The notes beneath the pieces are model-generated. The model was given only the letters and a program-made list of their open reading frames with translations. It did not search any database and had not been told where the DNA came from. 32,000 bases of DNA from Nonlabens ponticola (GTDB taxonomy: Bacteria > Bacteroidota > Bacteroidia > Flavobacteriales > Flavobacteriaceae). The stretch covers positions 210,001-242,000 of the forward strand of contig NZ_CP034549.1 in assembly GCF_003966335.1 (NCBI RefSeq). Direction: 5' to 3'. A program made the translations under genes and the position numbers. This document shows, one piece after another, positions 26,053 through 32,000 of the stretch. How positions within the stretch are numbered: position 1 is the first letter of the stretch; each line of letters opens with the position of its first letter.

Positions 26053-27300
26053 CTATGAATCTTCTCGTATAGCTTTATCGATCGCACTTGCTAGATACAT
26101 GTGATCGCTTGCACTATTCTTCCCTAATATATTTGACATCAAACAGACGATGTAATTGGTTCCATCTGGATGCTCTACCATGATTACACTGTTCATGTAA
26201 TTGAAGTTCGTACCCATATACTTGCCGCCACCACCACTGTAGTAACTACCAGACTTAAAATATACCGCTGCATCATTCAATCTTGAGCTGTAGGCATAAC
26301 GTATCCTACGATCTGTCATATACATTAATCGCTTTAATTCAAGGCTTGTTTGCTTGTCTACAATATTGCCTTTTTCCAGCTCGATGAACCATTTCATAAG
26401 ACCTTTAGGTGTACCAATACTGCCGCCTTCACGACCCACGTATTTATTAGCACCACTCGTGAAGAATTTACCTAGTCTCCACTCGTCCTCACCTATTCCC
26501 ATTTCTCTTAACGGGTCATTTACAAGACCTATAGCAATATCAGTAAGCTCACCGCGATCTGCGTTGTCAAAAAACTCGTCTGCTTCTTCTTGTGTGAGGT
26601 CAAAGTATTGATCCCCAAAAATATTCATCAACAATGCTTCTCTCCATACAATACTAGCAGCGCCGTTATTACTAACACTTAGCATGTGATCAACCCATTC
26701 ATATAGGCTAAATTCATCACTTGCTACTACTTTTCTCTTTACAAAACGATCTTTTTCTGGATCGTAAACAGGAACCGTGTGATGGTCATACAAACCCCAA
26801 TTTCCAGCGCGCACTACTTTGTTTTTCATAAGTCGCGTACGCACCCCAAAATCTTCTGGGCACAATTTGCCCAGCTGAGTAAAAAAGGCTGTTGCCACGG
26901 CTAGTTTACCAACGCTTCCTGGTTGAAAACCTTGGTTCTCGTTCATCTCTGCATAGCGCGTATTATCAGGATCTGTAATATCTAATACGGTAATCGCATA
27001 ACCGCTACGTCGAGGAAACAATCGCGTCATTTTATCTTGAAAAGTCTCATCGACCGTCATGAATTTCTCTGTTGCTGTAGAATCCATGGTGGTAGAATCT
27101 TCACATAACCATAGATTGAATTGATCGTGTAGCTTGAAAGAGCCTGGTCTTAGGTAATACTCGGTAATCGTACTATCTAGCGTTTTTTCGAGACGCTTTA
27201 ACCGTTTTATACCAGTCTTTTCATATCCATCGATTGGATAAAAAGCCATGGTAATTACGGCTATGAGTAATACTGCTGGTATTGTTATTTTGTTTCTCAA
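26053..27300 (-). CDS. Secreted or membrane-anchored serine hydrolase, class A beta-lactamase fold (paralogue of 22302..23252)
   Basis: 415 aa. The start codon is TTG at 27300, overlapping the upstream TGA (TTGA). N-terminal hydrophobic anchor ITIPAVLLIAVITMAF. Motifs S-x-x-K (GSVGKLA), S-N-N (VSNNGAAS) and K-S-G (FKSGSY). Confidence 0.75.
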   Translation of the reverse strand: MRNKITIPAVLLIAVITMAFYPIDGYEKTGIKRLKRLEKTLDSTITEYYLRPGSFKLHDQFNLWLCEDSTTMDSTATEKFMTVDETFQDKMTRLFPRRSGYAITVLDITDPDNTRYAEMNENQGFQPGSVGKLAVATAFFTQLGKLCPEDFGVRTRLMKNKVVRAGNWGLYDHHTVPVYDPEKDRFVKRKVVASDEFSLYEWVDHMLSVSNNGAASIVWREALLMNIFGDQYFDLTQEEADEFFDNADRGELTDIAIGLVNDPLREMGIGEDEWRLGKFFTSGANKYVGREGGSIGTPKGLMKWFIELEKGNIVDKQTSLELKRLMYMTDRRIRYAYSSRLNDAAVYFKSGSYYSGGGGKYMGTNFNYMNSVIMVEHPDGTNYIVCLMSNILGKNSASDHMYLASAIDKAIREDS

Positions 27301-30215
27301 GATTTTATCTTTTTATGTAAGTATAATTCGGTATTCAAATTGACATCTTCATCAATGGATGATAGGTACTCAGAATTAGTGGCTTGATCATTCTCTACAA
27401 ATGGTCTTATCTGGAATAAATAGAGCTTATCATCCTTGAAGCCCAATTCAATATCCCACGCTCCTTTATAAGAACCATTCTTTGATCCAGGCATGGTGGC
27501 GTGAGCTTCCTTGGCAAATTCTCTGATCGTTTTAAGGTCCTTTTTTGTCAGGATACTGTTGTCAAAATCCACATGCTCCATAACAGATCCACCAGTGTCT
27601 GGCAATCGTCTACGCTTATTCTCACGTGCTGGTGAGATTAATAGACCATCGCCATCTTGATTGACTAAATATGTTTCTGCAGCTTGACCATCAACCGCAC
27701 CACCAGCGCCACGACTCATGGCAACGGTTACACTATTCTCGTCGTTGTTGATAAAGTCTTTAGTAATCAAAACACCGCTGTAATCCACATCTACTGTAGG
27801 AATAATTAAGATCGATGGATAAACATTTTCAGGATTTTCAAGATATGCCTGTCTCCATTTAAAGCTGCGCTCCGTGTAAGGTGATGCCCATACATCCTTG
27901 ATTCCTTTAATGATTTTCTCGCGCTCAACTGCGTTAAAAACAGTTAGATTCAGTCCAGCGCCGGTAAACTCTTCTAGGTCTTCCATATTGGTATCACTAC
28001 GCAAAAACACAGGTACATCACCCATGGAACCACCCAATACGTTTTTAAAATCACTTTCCAGCTGACCTAAAAATGCTGGTTTCAATTCCATCTTATTGAT
28101 GGCATCTCTCAACTTAGAAAATTCTGCTAGCTGGTATTTGATGACCTCTGATTCGTCGAGATCATTGCCTCGCATGGTTTCTGCGGTTTTGAAAATCTCA
28201 GTTAGATATTCCCAATACGTTTGACCACGATCAGGCATTTGTTGATTCATGTGATCTTTGAATACACCAAAGGGTATTACAATCCCATTAACTACGTGTT
28301 GCGGGAACAGTTGCTTCAGCTGCCCTAGATTGGCGGCTTTTGGACCACTTAAAATTCCACTGTCCGCGCTGCTCACCTCACTCATATTAAGCGGCATAGT
28401 GCCGTTTAATTTTAATTTGCCTTCTGGAATGCGTATAGTTTTCTTTTCTTTTCTTTCAGAGCCAAAAAGATCGCGTTCCTCGCCACTCATCTCATCGACC
28501 TCTTTGAGAACCACAGTTCCTCGCGGACTCACCGCATAGAATACTTGCTTACCATCTAGCGACTTTAAATCATCGAGATTGTCAGTAGAGATGGCCGCAT
28601 TAGGTATTCCTAGATTACGAGCCAGCAATTGAACGTGAGACACTAAGTTACCTTCACTAACAGTTGCGATACCGGCTACAGGTTTCAAATCACTCGGTGG
28701 TCTGTCAAAAAGGTAGATCTTGTTAGGATCAACGGTCATGCCTTCGGCATTTCCTTCCACTACGACTAATTCGCCTTTAGCATATCCAGCATTCAGTCCT
28801 CTTATGGTACTAGCGTTATCTACAGCCTGTACTTGGCTTGTCAATCCTATTTGTCTTGAAACTAGCGCGCCAAGGTTGCCAATGGCATCACCCAGCGGCA
28901 ATAACAAAGAACTACGTATGCGATCGTCGAGGAAACCATAAGCTTTAGGTTCAAATTCCATATAACGCTCCACATCATCACCGTAAATAGCATTTACCAT
29001 TCCTGTACCCCATTCTACCTGACTGCGTGCAGCGCTGATAAATTTGAGTAACTCGCTAGCCTTGATTGTCTCACCTTCTGCTTTGAATAATTGATTTTCA
29101 ATAGCATTCCATTCCCATTGCTCTACATATCCAGCTGCTGCCAGCGCTTCACTCAAGGAATGAACTTTATCCAGGTGATCTTGCAATGTCTCTGGTTCCC
29201 ATTGTGCGGTTTTTTGAAAAATTAGTTCTTCCAGTCTCAAGCTCAATTCTAGAGCAGATGTTCTGCGAGTTCCGCGTTTATCATCCTTTATATTCGTGCG
29301 TATATCGCACATCAAGTTTGCCGTAGCAGGTATCAATACAGATGGATTTGTCTCATTAGAGTAGGATTGAGAAAACTGTTCAGCTTGCTTTCTAATATAT
29401 GAATCCTGTGGCCAATCGCTCACCATTTTTTGAAGCTCAGAGACTGCAACAGGTTCAAAAAATTCCTGCATAATGTCAACGAGCTTGTCAAATTCTTCTC
29501 GTTGCTTAAAGCTTAACTTCTCATTGTTTTCCTTTACCCATTCCTGTACAGCGATGATATCTTTAGCCTCTGGATTACCATGTATTTTGATACGTATGTC
29601 CATGAACTTAGGGTGACGCTCTGCAAGTGTTTTACTCAAACTGCGCACTTCTTGTGCGAGGTTTGTATCACCATCATGCGGTAGATCTCTTAAGCTTTCA
29701 CGCACTAGAAAGAAGTCGCGATCAATAATCTCATCGCTGCCTAAAACGGTATAATAAAACTTGCGACCCCATTCCTCTTCATCCTCAATTTGTTTGGCAC
29801 CTCGATAAAACCTACTGCGCTCTTGTATCCAGCCATTGTCGGCAGCAACCAGGAAATTATTAAGTTGGTATTGCTTTAAACGGCTGTGGTTATTCGGGCC
29901 GTCCCAGAATTCCCATAAATCTGCAGATGCCAGTATCTCACCAAAGAAGATGTGCTCTTTGTCTGCAAGACGCTTGACCTCATCCTTATAACTTGCATGC
30001 TGGATGCCACCACCTATGGCATCTGGACATGGATCCTTAGAGCCACGGCGCGATCCATCGGCACAGAACCATTCTATACGCTTGTACGGTCCACGATCCA
30101 GTTGCCTGTAATCGTCGATCATCGCCTCAATACGGTCGTTTGTAAATTCTTGAGCAGTTGATTCCAGACAGCAGCACGCCATCAATAAAATCAGTGGTAG
30201 TAACAATTTATTCAT
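27297..30215 (-). CDS. PEP-utilising enzyme family protein: signal peptide + unknown N-domain + swivel His domain + C-terminal PPDK_N ATP-grasp domain
   Basis: The track ORF starts at TTG 30380. The internal ATG at 30215 gives a canonical signal peptide, MNKLLLPLILLMACCCLESTAQ. The swivel domain is GIATVSEGNLVSHVQLLARNLGIPNA, with the His codon at 28635..28637. ATP-grasp blocks are GPKAANLGQL, LRSDTNMEDLEEFTGAGLNLTVFN, VWASPYTERSFKWRQ, RGAGGAVDG and WDIELGFKDDKLYLFQIRP. Confidence 0.8.
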   Translation of the reverse strand: MNKLLLPLILLMACCCLESTAQEFTNDRIEAMIDDYRQLDRGPYKRIEWFCADGSRRGSKDPCPDAIGGGIQHASYKDEVKRLADKEHIFFGEILASADLWEFWDGPNNHSRLKQYQLNNFLVAADNGWIQERSRFYRGAKQIEDEEEWGRKFYYTVLGSDEIIDRDFFLVRESLRDLPHDGDTNLAQEVRSLSKTLAERHPKFMDIRIKIHGNPEAKDIIAVQEWVKENNEKLSFKQREEFDKLVDIMQEFFEPVAVSELQKMVSDWPQDSYIRKQAEQFSQSYSNETNPSVLIPATANLMCDIRTNIKDDKRGTRRTSALELSLRLEELIFQKTAQWEPETLQDHLDKVHSLSEALAAAGYVEQWEWNAIENQLFKAEGETIKASELLKFISAARSQVEWGTGMVNAIYGDDVERYMEFEPKAYGFLDDRIRSSLLLPLGDAIGNLGALVSRQIGLTSQVQAVDNASTIRGLNAGYAKGELVVVEGNAEGMTVDPNKIYLFDRPPSDLKPVAGIATVSEGNLVSHVQLLARNLGIPNAAISTDNLDDLKSLDGKQVFYAVSPRGTVVLKEVDEMSGEERDLFGSERKEKKTIRIPEGKLKLNGTMPLNMSEVSSADSGILSGPKAANLGQLKQLFPQHVVNGIVIPFGVFKDHMNQQMPDRGQTYWEYLTEIFKTAETMRGNDLDESEVIKYQLAEFSKLRDAINKMELKPAFLGQLESDFKNVLGGSMGDVPVFLRSDTNMEDLEEFTGAGLNLTVFNAVEREKIIKGIKDVWASPYTERSFKWRQAYLENPENVYPSILIIPTVDVDYSGVLITKDFINNDENSVTVAMSRGAGGAVDGQAAETYLVNQDGDGLLISPARENKRRRLPDTGGSVMEHVDFDNSILTKKDLKTIREFAKEAHATMPGSKNGSYKGAWDIELGFKDDKLYLFQIRPFVENDQATNSEYLSSIDEDVNLNTELYLHKKIKS

Positions 30216-30316
30216 TGTCTCAAAAATATGTTTATCCACAGCACGAGCACCGCTGTTTAAGAGCAGTTTAACTCGCTGTAGTGCTCCATAGTTGCGATGA
30301 TGATGGTGGTTATTTT

Positions 30317-30330
30317 GCTTTCGCGAAAGC
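30317..30330. repeat. Palindrome copy 8, GCTTTCGCGAAAGC
   Basis: Exact match. Left flank ATTTT, right flank GTAAC. It lies in the probable divergent promoter region 30216..30443, and only the unlikely TTG-extended ORF would translate it (LSRK). Confidence 0.97.
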
Positions 30331-30443
30331 GTAACTTTCCTACAAAAATTTAAAAACGAATAACCCGTGATCAAAGTCAATATTACCCTTTAATTAACAT
30401 GGCATGTTTGACAAGCGATTTACCTTAAACCAAAAATTTAACC

Positions 30444-31808
30444 ATGTCCATATTTTCCAAGATTAAAGGAACACTCAACCTGATGAAAAAGGTTGATCTA
30501 GATAAACTTGCAGCTCTTAATGAAAAGGTTGATTTGAGTAAAGTGATGGATACCGTAGGCAATCTAGACGATAGACAGCTGGCAGGATTGATGAAGATGT
30601 TATCGACCAAAAAGAAAAAGGGACAAAGCAAACTACCTCCTATTGATGGTGATTTTTATGATTTGAGTCTCAAATTGACACCTGAACAACGCGAGGTGCA
30701 ACTCAAGGTGCGCAATTTTATGGAAGATGAGGTGCAGCCTATCGCAAATGACTACTGGAATCGTGCTGAGTTCCCACACGATCTAATCCCAAAAATGGCA
30801 GAATTAAACATAGCAGGAATTGCTTATCAAGGTTATGGATGTCCAGGAATGGATTTTGTAACTGAAGGCATAATTGCTGAGGAAATTGCGCGTGTTGATG
30901 TATCGATAAGCACCTTTTTTGGTGTGCACAGTGGTCTTGCCATGGGATCTATTTATCTATGTGGCAGTGAAGAGCAAAAACAAGAATGGTTACCGCAAAT
31001 GGCACGCATGGAAAAAATTGGTGCTTTTGGCCTGACGGAGCCTGATACAGGAAGCGGCATCGCTGGTGGCATGGACACTACCTGTCGTCGTGATGGTGAC
31101 AACTGGATCTTAAATGGTCAAAAAAAGTGGATAGGCAACGCCACATTTGCGGATGTGATCATAATCTGGGCGCGTGATGAAGAATCCAATCAAGTAAAAG
31201 GATTTATCGTACGCAAGGGTAATCCCAACTTTCACGCAGAGAAAATGGAGGATAAAATGGCCTTGCGTATCGTACAAAACGCTATTATAACCATGACCAA
31301 TTGTGTAGTACCAGAAAGTGATAGACTGCAAGAAGCGCATAACTTTAAAAGCACTGCCGAAGTGCTGCGTATGACGCGCGCTGGCGTGGCGTGGCAGGCC
31401 GTAGGTTGCGCTCGTGGTGCTTATGAGAATGCACTTAAGTACACAAAGAAGCGAGAGCAATTCGGTAGGCCTATTGCCAGTTTCCAGCTGGTACAAAATC
31501 ATCTTGTGGAAATGCTATCAAACCTTACCAGCATGCAAACGCTATGCTTTAGATTATCCGAAATGCAGGATCAAGAAATTTTAAAAGACGAGCACGCATC
31601 ACTCGCTAAGGTTATATGTTCCATGCGTACTCGAGACATCGTGTCCAGAGCACGCGAAGTTATGGGCGGTAATGGTATCCTATTAGAACACAATGTCGCC
31701 CGATTTGTTGCCGATGCTGAAGCCATTTACAGCTATGAAGGAACTAAGGAAATCAATAGCCTTATCGTGGGTCGTGCAATTACTGGTTATAGTGCGTTTG
31801 TGAGTTAG
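30444..31808 (+). CDS. Acyl-CoA dehydrogenase family protein (glutaryl-CoA dehydrogenase-like) with about 65-aa N-terminal extension
   Basis: 454 aa. ACAD blocks: GAFGLTEPDTGSG, KKWIGNA, a QFGRPIASFQLVQ-type catalytic region, and a YEGTKEINSLIVGRAITG C-terminus. Confidence 0.85.
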   Translation: MSIFSKIKGTLNLMKKVDLDKLAALNEKVDLSKVMDTVGNLDDRQLAGLMKMLSTKKKKGQSKLPPIDGDFYDLSLKLTPEQREVQLKVRNFMEDEVQPIANDYWNRAEFPHDLIPKMAELNIAGIAYQGYGCPGMDFVTEGIIAEEIARVDVSISTFFGVHSGLAMGSIYLCGSEEQKQEWLPQMARMEKIGAFGLTEPDTGSGIAGGMDTTCRRDGDNWILNGQKKWIGNATFADVIIIWARDEESNQVKGFIVRKGNPNFHAEKMEDKMALRIVQNAIITMTNCVVPESDRLQEAHNFKSTAEVLRMTRAGVAWQAVGCARGAYENALKYTKKREQFGRPIASFQLVQNHLVEMLSNLTSMQTLCFRLSEMQDQEILKDEHASLAKVICSMRTRDIVSRAREVMGGNGILLEHNVARFVADAEAIYSYEGTKEINSLIVGRAITGYSAFVS

Positions 31809-31850
31809 AGTGTGTAAGTGTTATTGATTATGACATCGTTTATAATCATA

Positions 31851-31886
31851 AAAAGGGGTAGAATTCATTCTGCCCCTTTTAATTTG
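31851..31886 (+). terminator. Rho-independent terminator downstream of the acyl-CoA dehydrogenase gene
   Basis: AAAAGGGGTAGA-ATTCAT-TCTGCCCCTTTT forms a 12-bp stem with one G-U pair and a 6-nt loop. It is followed by a T-containing tail and lies 43 nt after the stop codon. Confidence 0.75.
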
Positions 31887-32000
31887 TATCAAATCAATTT
31901 CCTTATTACTAACGTTATGACAATTATGACTTAAGGACGACTTAATCATAAGTGAAGTGACCTAGATAAATCATAGCTTTAAAACAAAAAGCTATGAGCG

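Noticed and set aside
1696-30330. Reading the 14-bp palindrome as parS, Noc-binding (NBS) or matS-type chromosome sites.
   Set aside because: The TTTC/GAAA arms superficially resemble parS (TGTTTCACGTGAAACA) and NBS (ATTTCCCGGGAAAT). However, they sit one base out of register relative to the dyad centre. A density of one site per ~4 kb is also far above that known for those systems. Protein binding remains only a generic possibility in the main finding.
1696-30330. Reading the palindromes as intrinsic terminators or REP/MITE elements.
   Set aside because: Seven of the eight copies are inside coding sequence. None has a downstream T-tract. Sequence beyond about 5 nt of flank is unrelated between copies, so there is no longer mobile unit or target-site duplication.
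30216-30380. The 55-codon N-terminal extension of the PEP-utilising ORF (TTG start at 30380).
   Set aside because: The extension is His/Arg-rich and unlike a real N-terminus. An ATG at 30215 immediately precedes a textbook signal peptide. Similar upstream non-ATG extensions were trimmed for the A2M gene (13662 to 13653), hemW (22134 to 22125) and the transporter (23212 to 23224).
31830-32000. A 34-codon ORF from ATG 31830, and an ATG at 31994 near the right edge.
   Set aside because: The short ORF runs straight through the terminator hairpin and has no supporting features. The ATG at 31994 leaves only 7 nt in the window, so no gene can be supported.
1-32000. A genomic island, prophage or defence-system signature.
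   Set aside because: I saw no integrase, transposase, tRNA attachment site, phage structural genes or recognisable defence-gene motifs such as nucleases paired with ATPases or methyltransferases. There is also no obvious compositional break. The window reads as core chromosome, so the novelty claims are limited to the palindrome, the 22.3-30.2 kb cluster and the A2M architecture.

Overview
The window is a densely packed chromosomal segment that looks like a Bacteroidota (Flavobacteriaceae-like) genome. This placement rests on a SusC-type CarboxypepD_reg+Plug module, Bacteroidota-typical DUF families, a TAnnTTTG-type promoter box and many Sec/lipoprotein signal peptides. I support 28 CDS, arranged mostly in translationally coupled operons with 1-4 nt start/stop overlaps. 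I found no rRNA, tRNA, CRISPR array, transposase or integrase. Gene content is mostly envelope and peptide metabolism: M1, S51 (PepE), M15 and M48 peptidases, an Mpl-like Mur ligase, three GNATs, HemW, a MutS-related ATPase and an acyl-CoA dehydrogenase. Four things stand out. (1) A perfect 14-bp palindrome, GCTTTCGCGAAAGC, occurs 8 times in 32 kb. Seven copies lie inside unrelated genes, in all three reading frames and on both coding strands, which resembles a hyper-iterated palindrome acting at the DNA or RNA level. (2) A convergent four-gene cluster (22302..30215) combines a signal-peptide-bearing, domain-permuted PEP-utilising/ATP-grasp enzyme, an ATP:ADP-antiporter-like transporter fused to a HEAT-repeat domain, and two paralogous class-A beta-lactamase-fold serine hydrolases. 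This may be an uncharacterised envelope system. (3) A ~2190-aa alpha-2-macroglobulin-like protein has an intact CxEQ thioester motif and an embedded SusC-like Plug module but no barrel. (4) Related heptanucleotide tandem arrays bracket a small membrane-protein gene and a 282-bp region with no credible ORF. All family calls come from reading motifs by eye; no database search was run.
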